DNA from: Haliotis rufescens
Taxonomy: Eukaryota
NCBI RefSeq assembly: GCF_023055435.1
Contig: NW_025964223.1
Span: forward strand, 38,750,001 to 38,814,000
Reading direction: 5' to 3'
Length of the DNA: 64,000 bases
The notes below the pieces were generated by a model. The model was not told where the DNA came from, did no database searches, and worked only from the letters and a program-made list of their open reading frames with translations. Positions 37,576-49,751 of the stretch are shown here, one piece after another. Both the position numbers and the translations under genes were made by a program. How positions within the stretch are numbered: the stretch's first letter is position 1; each line of letters opens with the position of its first letter.

Positions 37576-40500
37576 CTATTCCCTCATCATAGACTCTTCC
37601 AGAGACCGCGCAAAGTCAGCATCTGAAATGATATCAACATATAAAGTGGTCATAACTATATGGCATTTAAATCATTGTATAGCCTATAGGAATAAGTGTC
37701 AGCACATCAGACTTTATTGTCTTTTTTAGGAATCATGCCGACGGGTACGATGACACGCAACAGATCAAGTCACCTATCCTGCCCAGCCAACCCATTTTGT
37801 GGCGTTTTACGACAAGCATACCTAATATATGTGCCAATTAAAGACTTTCAATACAGGTGTACAACTTAAATATTGGTATTTTTAGTTGAAACAGGTCTTA
37901 TACGTTACGTACAATCCCCGACATAATGTATTATGGGACGATACTTCTGTATACCCTTATCTATCCGAATTGTGGAAACGTCGGTCGATTGTACGATTCT
38001 TCCTGGTAAATATTTGATTGATGCAAAATGTTGTCTCAGTACATTCAGCTTGAACAGCGAAACGGTGAATTTCGATTGCAGTGAGATCACGACGTGTTAT
38101 ATTAGCTTGATGTGGGACGTTTACTTCTTTGATGCAACTTACGAAACACTCATGGCGAATCCGTGATTCGCACCGACGATTATAGGTTTCTGTCACGCCA
38201 GACTTACTCAACTGGTCATAGCGAATTGCAAACCGTACGGCAACTGTCTGGGCCAGTCCGTAGAGAAGTCGAAAAGTGCCAGAGTTGGAAGGATGATGTG
38301 GAAATCATTAAATCACATCTTAGATAGGTACATGTATAATTAAATATCCAGGCATACCTGACCCATGACATTAATTCAGAAACAAGATGAATACATACCC
38401 CTGTCTGTGAGTTTCAAGATGTTGTTTAGGCTTTCTTCAAATTCACCGAGACTCACGGTGGCATCACCTTTGGTTAAACATAAGATTATTAATAATTAAT
38501 AATTTTACATCGCTTCACATCAACATGTATGTTCCACAGGTATTTGACTGGGTCTTGTTTCACTAATGCATCCTATTCCTTTTTATTAATTGAAAAAATG
38601 GCATTTGGATGAAATCGGATATGAACAGTAATTACAACTTTTGGATCAAGTGCTTGAAGGAAACACCGTTTTAATAATGTAATAAAAGTATATAAAAATT
38701 AAATCATATACGTCATAATTTCCTAAGCCCCTTACGACCTTGACTAACTGTGAGTGAATGAGGTGTTGGGTTTAAGGCAGCTTTGAACAGTATTTCATTT
38801 ATGAAATAGTGTGTAAGATTCATGTGACAATAAAGCTCAGAGTGGCACATGTCTTAGACGTTTATTTCTGTGGGCTAACCCACGGGCACGGGCGTGATGC
38901 TAATAAAACCCAAAATCATAATCAGGCCATTCCGATATTTGAACCCAGGAAACGATCAAGAGACATCTAAACAGAATTTCGATTGAGCTATCCGTGGTTA
39001 CCTGACTAAAGCAGAGATATGCTGCTGAGGAACAAAGAAGCATAATCGGGGCACCTTCGACACCATGTACATAATCTGTAAGGTCTGGAACTGTACAAAG
39101 AGACAGACGTCTGCTTAACAATACAGCCCTGTTCTTTTAAAGTAATAAAGCTGGATTTCACCATATTAACTTTTATGTACTGAGCATGTGGGCATCGAAT
39201 GGATGTTTTGAACTCATGAGTAGTTCCTGCTGGGTGACTTCTGCATGATTATTTATCGGATCATGATGCCAAGTATATCGGATTGGCACATCACATCGAT
39301 AACAGTATCAGATATATGATAATTTAAGAGTATTTGAATGTGTATAATGCGTATGTTGTAATGTTAGTGTACATGAAAATGAAATGAAGTGTTATTTGTA
39401 GCTGAACGAGCTGAACGAATACCCATCATGTTATCGAGACAGTTATTTGTAAAATCAGGCATCAGGTAACAAAGGGACTCAATGTTTTTTGATGGTCCCG
39501 TATGAAAGAACTATCAGAGTAGTATTTATATTTAACCAATGACGTTTTGATAAATTTCCACATACCCCGCTACAGCGGTGTACAGCTGGGAAAACTATAC
39601 CCGGCTGCGATGGCAACATGCGTTGTTTTATGGTTGTTGTTTTTTTTATCTCTGTGGGATCTCTATAATCTCTCACTGCAACACCTTACAGCAAAACGGC
39701 GTCGCGTAGTGCATCTTACCATTGACTTTAGATCTACGTGAAGCCAACGAACATCATTGTGACAGTCTACGCACAGCGACGTGACAGTCTACGCACAGAG
39801 ACGTGACAGAGTCAAAGTGCAGAGACGTGACAGGGCCAACGAACTGCGTAGTGACAGTCTACGTACAGAGACGTGACAGAGCCAACGAACAGCGTCGTGA
39901 CAGTCTACGCACAGAGACATGACAGAGCCAACGAACAGCGTCGTGACAGTCCACGTACAGAGACGTGACAGAGCCAAAGAACAGCGTCGTGACAGTCTAC
40001 GTACAGAGACGTGACAGAGCCAACGAACAGCGTCGTGACAGAGCCAACGAACAGCGTCGTGACAGTCCACGTACAGAGACGTGACAAAAAGCCAACGAAC
40101 AGCGTCGTGACAGTCCACGTACAGAGACGTGACAGAGCCAACGAACAGCGTCGTGACAGTTTACGTACAGAGACGTGACAGAGTCTACGTACAGAGACGT
40201 GAGAGCCAACGAACAGCGTCGTGACAGTCTACGTACAGAGACGTGACTGTCTACGTACAAAGACGTGACAGAGCCAACGAACAGCGTCGTGACAGTCTAC
40301 GTACAGAGACGTGATAGAGTCTACGTACAGAGACGTGACAGAGCCAACGAACAGCGTCGTGACAGAACCAACGAACAGCGTCGTGACAGTCCACGTACAG
40401 AGACATGACAGAGCCAACGAACAGCGTCGTGACAGTCCACGTACAGAGACGTGACAGAGCCAACGAACAGCGTCGTGACAGTCTACGTACAGAGACGTGA

Positions 40501-43500
40501 TAAAGTCTACGTACAGATACGTGACAGAGCCAACGAACAGCGTCGTGACAGAGCCAACGAACAGCGTCGTTACAGTCCACGTACAGAGACGTGACAGAGC
40601 CAACGAACAGCGTCGTGACAGAGCCAACGAACAGCGTCGTGACAGAGCCAACGAACAGCGTCGTGACAGTCCACGTACAGAGACATGACAGAGCCAACGA
40701 ACAGCGTCGTGACAGTCCACGTACAGAGACGTGACAGAGCCAACGAACAGCGTCGTGACAGTGCCAACGAACAGCGTCGTGACAGTCCACGTACAGAGAT
40801 GTGACAGAGCCAACGAACAGCGTCGTGACAGTCTACGTACAGAGACGTGACAGAGCCAACGAACAGCGTCGTGACAGAGCCAACGAACAGCGTCGTGACA
40901 GTCCACGTACAGAGACGTGACAAAAAGCCAACGAACAGCGTCGTGACAGTCCACGTACAGAGACGTGACAGAGCCAACGAACAGCGTCGTGACAGTTTAC
41001 GTACAGAGACGTGACAGAGTCTACGTACAGAGACGTGAGAGCCAACGAACAGCGTCGTGACAGTCTACGTACAGAGACGTGACTGTCTACGTACAAAGAC
41101 GTGACAGAGCCAACGAACAGCGTCGTGACAGTCTACGTACAGAGACGTGACAGAGTCTACGTACAGAGACGTGACAGAGCCAACGAACAGCGTCGTGACA
41201 GAGCCAACGAACAGCGTCGTGACAGTCCACGTACAGAGACATGACAGAGCCAACGAACAGCGTCGTGACAGTCCACGTACAGAGACGTGACAGAGCCAAC
41301 GAACAGCGTCGTGACAGTCTACGTACAGAGACGTGATAAAGTCTACGTACAGATACGTGACAGAGCCAACGAACAGCGTCGTGACAGAGCCAACGAACAG
41401 CGTCGTTACAGTCCACGTACAGAGACGTGACAGAGCCAACGAACAGCGTCGTGACAGAGCCAACGAACAGCGTCGTGACAGAGCCAACGAACAGCGTCGT
41501 GACAGTCCACGTACAGAGACATGACAGAGCCAACGAACAGCGTCGTGACAGTCCACGTACAGAGACGTGACAGAGCCAACGAACAGCGTCGTGACAGTGC
41601 CAACGAACAGCGTCGTGACAGTCCACGTACAGAGATGTGACAGAGCCAACGAACAGCGTCGTGACAGTCTACGTACAGAGACGTGACAGAGCCAACGAAC
41701 AGCGTCGTGACAGTCCACGTACAGAGACGTGACAGAGCCAACGAACAGCGTCGTGACAGTCCACGTACAGAGACGTGAAAGACCAAACGAACAGCGTCGT
41801 GACAGTCTACGTACAGAGACTTGACAGAGCCAACGAACAGCGTCGTGACAGAGCCAACGAACAGCGTCGTGACAGTCCACGTACAGAGACGTGACAGAGC
41901 CAACGAACAGCGTCGTGACAGTCCACGTACAGAGACGTGACAGAGCCAACGAACAGCGTCGTGACAGTCCACGTACACAGACGTGATAGAGTCTACGTAC
42001 AGAGACGTGACAGAGCCAACGAACAGCGTCGTGACAGAGCCAACGAACAGCGTCGTGACAGTCCACGTACAGAGACATGACAGAGCCAACGAACAGCGTC
42101 GTGACAGTCCACGTACAGAGACGTGACAGAGCCAACGAACAGCGTCGTGACAGTCTACGTACAGAGACGTGATAGAGTCTACGTACAGAGACGTGACAGA
42201 GCCAACGAACAGCGTCGTGACAGAGCCAACGAACAGCGTCGTTACAGTCCACGTACAGAGACGTGACAGAGCCAACGAACAGCGTCGTGACAGAGCCAAC
42301 GAACAGCGTCGTGACAGAGCCAACGAACAGCGTCGTGACAGTCCACGTACAGAGACATGACAGAGCCAACGAACAGCGTCGTGACAGTCCACATACAGAG
42401 ACGTGACAGAGCCAACGAACAGCGTCGTGACAGAGCCAACGAACAGCGTCGTGACAGTCTACGTACAGAGACGTGACAGAGCCAACGAACAGCGTCGTGA
42501 CAGTCTACGTACAGAGACGTGACAGAGCCAACGAACAGCGTCGTGACAGTCCACGTACAGAGACGTGACAGAGCCAACGAACAGCGTCGTGACAGTCCAC
42601 GTACAGAGACGTGACAGAGCCAACGAACAGCGTCGTGACAGTCTACGTACAGAGACTTGACAGAGCCAACGAACAGCGTCGTGACAGAGCCAACGAACAG
42701 CGTCGTGACAGTCCACGTACAGAGACATGACAGAGCCAACGAACAGCGTCGTGACAGTCCACGTACAGAGACGTGACAGAGCCAACGAACAGCGTCGTGA
42801 CAGTCTACGTACAGAGACGTGATAGAGTCTACGTACAGAGACGTGACAGAGCCAACGAACAGCGTCGTGACAGTCTACGTACAGAGACGTAACAGTGTCT
42901 ACGTACAGAGACGTGACAGAGACGTGACAGCGACGACAAACACTTCCCATCTCAATCTCCGTTGGTTTTCAAATTCTGGTAAAATGGTTCTAGGCATATC
43001 CCTCCGTTCGAATTACTCTCTTTTTGGCCATTTACCCCGTTTACCTCGAGTAGACATCTCGTATTCTCCTCGTGAAAAGCCGACCACAAATAATATAGTC
43101 ACAATAACGCTACTGACTGCAATGTCTAAATGTGTACCTACCATCTGTATCGGCCAAACTCAAGAACTCCTCAGCGTCCCGAGCTTCGAATATCTTCTCG
43201 GCCTCTGATTGGTCAATCTGTCCGTCCTCATTCAGATCATAACTTTCAGTGTTGCGCTTTCCACCTGACATAAAAGACGGGGTATATCACCGAGTTGTAC
43301 TACATAATGTTGTAATAGATATGTGAAAAACGTTTATAACAATAGATTTTACACGATCACAAAGCCGATCATGTACATAGTTAAAGAGGTTTACTAAGGG
43401 CAACTGACAATTCTAGCAAACTTGATTTCAGTAAACTTGTTTTATGATCACCTCAGTTTATGATCACCACAATTCTTCAGACAAAATGTCACATTTTGAA

Positions 43501-43889
43501 GCAAGTCATTAGTTTAAAAATCGTGTGTGTTGAAGCAGCTTGCATTGTCTCAATGTATGACAAAAAACACAAAATGTATAAAGTTTACGCCTGATTTAGA
43601 CAGCTGTGCTATAAACATTTAGTACACACAGATTTCCAATTACGCCATATGCGATTCATGATTAACTAAGACTTATCTAAAGACAAAACTCAAAACCAAA
43701 AGAGATTTTCACAATACGCGTTGTAAGCTTCACGATGACTTTACCTATAAGGGCTGTTGCTATAGGCAGGACTGTGCGCACAACCCTGATAACTCTTGGG
43801 ACTCGGATACGAATCCTGAGCCATCGGCGACGAGCGTCGACATCTTGCAGCACCAGAACTGCCACTAGGAACAACAACGCCAGACGCAT
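37576..43889 (-). CDS. Secreted cationic peptide precursor, copy A (127 aa): signal peptide / RRRWLRIRIRVPRVIRVVRTVLPIATALIG / GKR / acidic two-EF-hand propeptide; candidate antimicrobial peptide. Coding exons 43889-43745, 43264-43142, 38467-38399, 37622-37576
   Basis: All introns are GT-AG, phase 1; 384 nt, open. Translation: MRLALLFLVAVLVLQDVDA RRRWLRIRIRVPRVIRVVRTVLPIATALIG GKR NTESYDLNEDGQIDQSEAEKIFEARDAEEFLSLADTDGDATVSLGEFEESLNNILKLTDRDADFARSLEESMMRE*. Exons are conserved in the paralog while flanking introns diverge. The function is inferred. Confidence 0.85.
39740..42935. repeat. CpG-rich composite satellite (24-bp gacagagccaacgaacagcgtcgt plus 22-bp gacagtccacgtacagagacgt) with an 836-bp higher-order period, in an intron of copy A
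   Basis: Variant units recur at 836-bp spacing (40081/40917; 40497/41333/42169). Confidence 0.92.
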
Positions 43890-44773
43890 CTGTGGAGATC
43901 AACAATATCGGGGGTGAGCTACGAGGCCCTGTACAACATGAAGACCTGATAATTAATAATCAGTTTAACTTAGGCTTCCAAACATAGACACACAGATCTT
44001 ACATTGACTCCTTGCCATTTTCGTGGTGGTAGGGCTGGGGGTTTTGAGGAGTGCGGTTGTTTGCGGGTGGGAAGAGGGTGATCACTGCACATGCAAATGT
44101 TCCAGGGACGGCATTACCAGGTTACATGTATACAGTGGGCGATAAGGCAGCCAACTTGACAAAACGAATACCGGCGTTAGATTCTCCGCTAGTGACCGGG
44201 TTGTTATTCAGCCTTGGGACCAACAAAGTTTACAGGTCTTTACAATGTGATCACTACCCCTAGTGTACAGTACATTCACTCTACGCAGTCAACATAACCA
44301 ACTCGTCCGATGGTAGTTGACCATCTGCTGGAAACACGAACATACGAACATAGACCAGAAACACAAGTGAGAAAACGTGTGGTGTCACCCTGGGCAAGTA
44401 ACTTATTTCAAATGTGCCAGGGAATGGGTACCCGATATGTGATGTACAACGTGGATGTAAAAACTCTCTAGCCTAGGCTGTATACTCCTAAGGGAGTTGA
44501 CAATGACAGCCGGCATGCAAACTGGGCGGGGAACAAATATAACAGCATTTAAGCAGATACTAGTATCTGGATACCTGCGATATATAAATGTGTTATATAA
44601 TAATATTATGATAACAATATATATTAGAGATGCATACACACGTTGATATTAACATTAGGAATTTTAGAGACAATATTATATATCATAAATCATTATTATC
44701 ATCGGGTTATAAGGAGTATGTACACAAGGGCACGAGTAGGCAAGTAGATGGTTGATCTTGAGTGTCATGGCAC

Positions 44774-45553
44774 NNNNNNNNNNNNNNNNNNNNNNNNNNN
44801 NNNNNNNNNNNNNNNNNNNNNNNNNNNNNNNNNNNNNNNNNNNNNNNNNNNNNNNNNNNNNNNNNNNNNNNNNNNNNNNNNNNNNNNNNNNNNNNNNNNN
44901 NNNNNNNNNNNNNNNNNNNNNNNNNNNNNNNNNNNNNNNNNNNNNNNNNNNNNNNNNNNNNNNNNNNNNNNNNNNNNNNNNNNNNNNNNNNNNNNNNNNN
45001 NNNNNNNNNNNNNNNNNNNNNNNNNNNNNNNNNNNNNNNNNNNNNNNNNNNNNNNNNNNNNNNNNNNNNNNNNNNNNNNNNNNNNNNNNNNNNNNNNNNN
45101 NNNNNNNNNNNNNNNNNNNNNNNNNNNNNNNNNNNNNNNNNNNNNNNNNNNNNNNNNNNNNNNNNNNNNNNNNNNNNNNNNNNNNNNNNNNNNNNNNNNN
45201 NNNNNNNNNNNNNNNNNNNNNNNNNNNNNNNNNNNNNNNNNNNNNNNNNNNNNNNNNNNNNNNNNNNNNNNNNNNNNNNNNNNNNNNNNNNNNNNNNNNN
45301 NNNNNNNNNNNNNNNNNNNNNNNNNNNNNNNNNNNNNNNNNNNNNNNNNNNNNNNNNNNNNNNNNNNNNNNNNNNNNNNNNNNNNNNNNNNNNNNNNNNN
45401 NNNNNNNNNNNNNNNNNNNNNNNNNNNNNNNNNNNNNNNNNNNNNNNNNNNNNNNNNNNNNNNNNNNNNNNNNNNNNNNNNNNNNNNNNNNNNNNNNNNN
45501 NNNNNNNNNNNNNNNNNNNNNNNNNNNNNNNNNNNNNNNNNNNNNNNNNNNNN
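44774..45553. other. Assembly gap in intron 1 of copy A, followed by a (TAC/TAT)n microsatellite at 45554-45641
   Basis: N run, then ctattactgctactatt... Confidence 1.
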
Positions 45554-45944
45554 CTATTACTGCTACTATTACCACTACTACTATTACTACTACTACTATT
45601 ACTGCTACTATTACTACTACTACTATTACTATTACTACTACGTATACTAGGCCATGTAAAAAGCACAATATTCCACACTACTGAGGGGTATGTCAAAAGT
45701 TCATGACACTATACTAGCATCTTCAGCTCCCTGGGGAGTATACAAACCACACTGCCTGTTTGGCACTTGAATGTTTCGAAGTTCACAAACCCATAACAAA
45801 CCCACGAACAACACGTTACAACGCTAACTACATTGACTTATTTTATGTACACTCGCCCTTCGTTGTTGGAAATGAGAACTTTCAGGTTAACACACTACAA
45901 AACACGTCGACGTACGGGTACCCCAAATAAACATAGTAACTCAC

Positions 45945-45997
45945 CTTGTAGAATCGAATGAAGAGATAAATCTGCATTATACCTGTCTCCTTATATA
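45945..45997 (-). promoter_or_regulatory. Predicted TATA box (TATATAA, 45997-45991) and short non-coding exon 1 ending at 45945 for copy A
   Basis: Consensus donor AAG|GTGAGT about 50 nt downstream of the TATA box. Splicing to the cag|ATG acceptor at 43889 gives the start context CAAG-ATG. Confidence 0.65.
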
Positions 45998-48900
45998 CGT
46001 ATGTGATTCAGGATGCAGACAAGCTGTCGATGTATCCGACTATGGTCGTGTGTCGCCTCTCCGTACAGGTGTCAGAAAACATAACAAACTCTCCTTTTAA
46101 CATACAAACTCTCCTGTTGCTGTCACGTCCATTGACGCTTCCAATCACATGATATTGTTTTTGAATTGGAAATGATATATTGTTACACATACATGTAGCT
46201 GAATATATAAAAATGCAATACTTTCAAACAAGTATTTAAACTAAAAAACAAAAATGTGTTTGAGGGTCTATGCCAATATTTATCTCATCGTACGTGTGAC
46301 CTGACAAAGATGATATCATATTGACTTTCGAGATATCATACATGTATGTTCTACACATAAATATATGTATAGAGTATTAGTTACATGAAACATGATATTA
46401 CAGACATAATATTTCATATTGTTTAATGTAGTCATTTCACATTGTACACCTTCTAGCACATGAGCATGTGAGTTGTTTAGTCTACTCTATCACTAAAGGA
46501 CGGGGCACCGGAACATGTTTAGGATCAATTATGAAATACCTGAGTACACTCATTTTTCAGTTGCTCATAACTCAGTGGCATATGTATTGATAATACTAGC
46601 CAATGAAATATAATTCTTTGAGCGAAACCTGAAATCTAGGTTTTATTTTTCAAATTCGTTTTGGAGAGGCACCTTTTCCCTCCGACGATAATTCTTCTCC
46701 GCTTGGTTGATGCATGTCATCGATCCCGATTGCGTGGATCGATGCTCATGACATCAATAACCAGATTGTCTTGCCAGACTCGATTATTTACAGTCCGCCG
46801 CTATATGGCTGAAATATTGCTGAGTGCGGCGTTAAACAACAAACAAACACACTTCTCCGCTTTCTCCACGAAGTTCAATCGGATAAATAACATATATAAC
46901 TGTATTGACATTTTCTTTTCTGAATACATTCATTACCAAATCGTAAAACTGTATTTTAACAAACTGCCTCAGCAAATTACAGTTTGATTTATTCGCGAAA
47001 ATAATAATCTGGTTAATTCAGACGATACCAAGTTTTCATTTGAGACAAGTGTGTATCTAATGGTGGCATTAATAAAAATCATAAACAAGACTGAGTGAGA
47101 GTCTAGCGACACTTTGAACAGTATGTCAGTTGTATAACCATTTTTATGTGAGAGGAAATCCCGAAGTGAGTGAGCGAGTAGGGTTTTACGCTGCTTTTAG
47201 CAATATTCCAGCAATATCACGGCAGGGGACATCAGAAATGGGTTTCACAAATTGTACCCATGTGGGGAATCGAACCCGTGACTTCGGCTTGACGAGCGAA
47301 CGCTTTAACCACTAGGCTACCCAACAGCCCTAACCCGAAGTGATGCGGGTCTCAGACGTTGGTGAATCCAATGAGTATGGATGACTTCAACAGATTCCTG
47401 TATCCATCGGACATAAATGTAAAGGTATGATGACCGTCAACATTCGCTTGTGAGGAAAGTTATGAAAATGAAAACAGTCTCTTCATTACCATTCATTCAT
47501 ACTTTTGTTTTCAAATGTGATGCTGAAGCCTATTGTGAGCAGCATATATGTCTTGCACATGGTTATTGTGTTTCTGTCTGTCTGTCTGTCTGTCTGCAAC
47601 TGGCATACATTATGTCACGCACTATACAGTATCAAATAAAGCACAACAGATACCTGGGCGTTTAAGGGCTCTCACACGATGTTATATAATGATCTTGAAT
47701 ATCCATTTCCATTGAAAAATTACGAAGGGCTGTAAATAAAATTAAATCAAATTCAATCAATCTGTTTAATGAGACAATAATTATTTCTCATATCCTTATA
47801 ATCAGGTAATCTCAAAGTATTTCAAAACTAAGCAAAGTGCTGATTAACCCTTTTCGCGAACACATGGTGTCGTCATTGATTTTCCGAACTGTTGTGTTAT
47901 TGGCCGTTCCAACCCACGTGAGATGTGACTGTAGAGTAGGTCCCTGTCTTTGTTTGGTTAACGGTATTGTGTAGGGAGTGTCTGATTGAACACTGTCGTG
48001 TCAAAGACAATTCTCGTACATCAAACATTACAGCTGATGCTGACACTGATAGCTTCAACAGATGGTTGTATCCTGGACCAATCCTTCACAATACTGGTCA
48101 ACATTCATCTCGCCAACAATGCACTTCATGAACCTTCAGTCATTGTAGGGCGGTGGGGTAGCCTAGTGGTTAAAGCGTTCGATCGTCACGCCGAAGACCA
48201 GATTCCCTACTTTGGTATATTGTGTGAAGCCCTTTTCTGGTGTCCCCCGCCGTGATATTGCTAGAATATTGCGTTTTGCGGCGTAAAACCTTACTAACTC
48301 ACTCAGTCATGATGTCTCTGCATATGTTCTTGTACTCAGTTGAACCCTGTATATATTCCGAGTTGGAATAGCCCCCCGCAACTTGTGTTGGAAATAAGAT
48401 TTGTTTTTTTTGTTTGTTGTTAAATGCCCCACTCAGCAATATTCCAGCTATATGACGGCGGTCTGAAAAAAATCGAGTCTGGACCGGACAATCCCGTGAT
48501 TGACATCATGAGCATCAATCCACGCAACTGGGATACGATGACATGCATGAACTAAGTCAACGAACCTGACCACCCGATCCCGTTAGTCGTCTCTTACGAC
48601 AAGCACAGTCGCCTTTTACGGCAAGCATGGGTTGCTGAAAACATAAACATGTATTCTACCCCGGATCCTCACGGGTCTGGAAATAAGAGGCGACTATATA
48701 GATCGAGTGGTCAGACTCGATGACGTGGTTGACTGTGTACAGAAACAAAACAGTGGATTCCATTGGATTTTCAGTGGGATGCAACGGAAATTGTACACGT
48801 GAGACGTAATTCAAAATTAACATATATCGCTTTTGGTTTAAACGAAATCACTAAACGCGCTGTCGTGTCACTGTAGTTTCTGGTCCACTACGTCACAGCG

Positions 48901-49638
48901 TGTCTGGTTGCATGGCAGGAGAACTGCTGTGCGGCGGCAGACAACAAACAAACAGTTCTCCTTTTAGGCAAATCGTGTGAGTGGCGGGTGGTACCGGTAG
49001 TGCAGGGCCAGGTAACACCTGTGTCATCGCTGTGACGTCGTTCTATTGTTTGAACACTCCATTATTTTTCAGGAATGGAGAGTTGTTTGTCAACTATACA
49101 TTATCTTGAATCAACATTTAAATGACTTCAACTTGGAACAGACGGAACTATTTTTTTACATTTATTGACAAGTGAATAATTTCATTTTTTCGGAAAACAT
49201 GTGTCGCCAGGCGGGGTTCGAATCCGCATTGTTTGATCTGAGGTCGTGTCATTGTCAACCTCAGCTAGGGCGGCACATGAAGGTATGGTGTGAAATTAAC
49301 TAATAAATATTTTCATAATTTTGCATAATGCTTAAAAGCTAGTATATATTCTGTGTTAGAGCAGGTTACCTACAAAAATGTTTATAGTTATATCAATTAA
49401 ATCAATTAGATCAATAAATAATAGTTCAGGACACACCGAGATTATGAAGAGCCGTGTACCATGCATTGTAAATGTTAGCTCGCGACGTAGCTTGGTGCAC
49501 GTGCAACAGCGACAGAGAACGTATTCCTCGTGCATCACACAGTATAAATACAGACGACAAAGAGTTCTGGTTTATTTTTCAAATATTTTCCACAACAGAA
49601 TATTTTGTCAAAGTGTAAAAGTAGGGATGAGTTTTAAG

Positions 49639-49751
49639 TAGGGGAATTTCCTCGTAACTCTCCATTCTTTAAAAACAATGGTCCTCGGCCCCTCCGGTGC
49701 CTCTGCTCCATTATTTTTAAGGAATGGAGAGTCACTCGAACATTCCCCTCT
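49639..49751. repeat. Imperfect palindrome of about 110 bp (likely end of a non-autonomous element); duplicate at about 60838-60950
   Basis: aggggaat...ctctccattctttaaaaacaatgg-loop-ccattatttttaaggaatggagag...attcccct; one arm recurs at about 49056-49083. Confidence 0.6.

Noticed and set aside
39740-42935. CRISPR-like appearance and long Cys/Arg/Val-rich ORFs (up to 434 aa)
   Set aside because: There are no unique spacers and no cas genes, and the context is eukaryotic. The ORFs are translations of a stop-poor satellite inside an intron.
43677-43744. ORF-track C-termini GKVIVKLTTR... (copy A) and SNDIFIMK... (copy B)
   Set aside because: Read-through into the intron. A GT donor at the same position in both copies splices in frame to the conserved GKR/EF-hand exon.
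44676-45706. Long ORFs spanning N runs (also 56044-56921)
   Set aside because: Assembly-gap artefacts.
35114-46130. Shared GTCACGTC core in the 47-bp minisatellite, the intronic satellite (reverse strand) and the peptide promoter
   Set aside because: Only an 8-bp match; the units are otherwise unrelated, so chance cannot be excluded.
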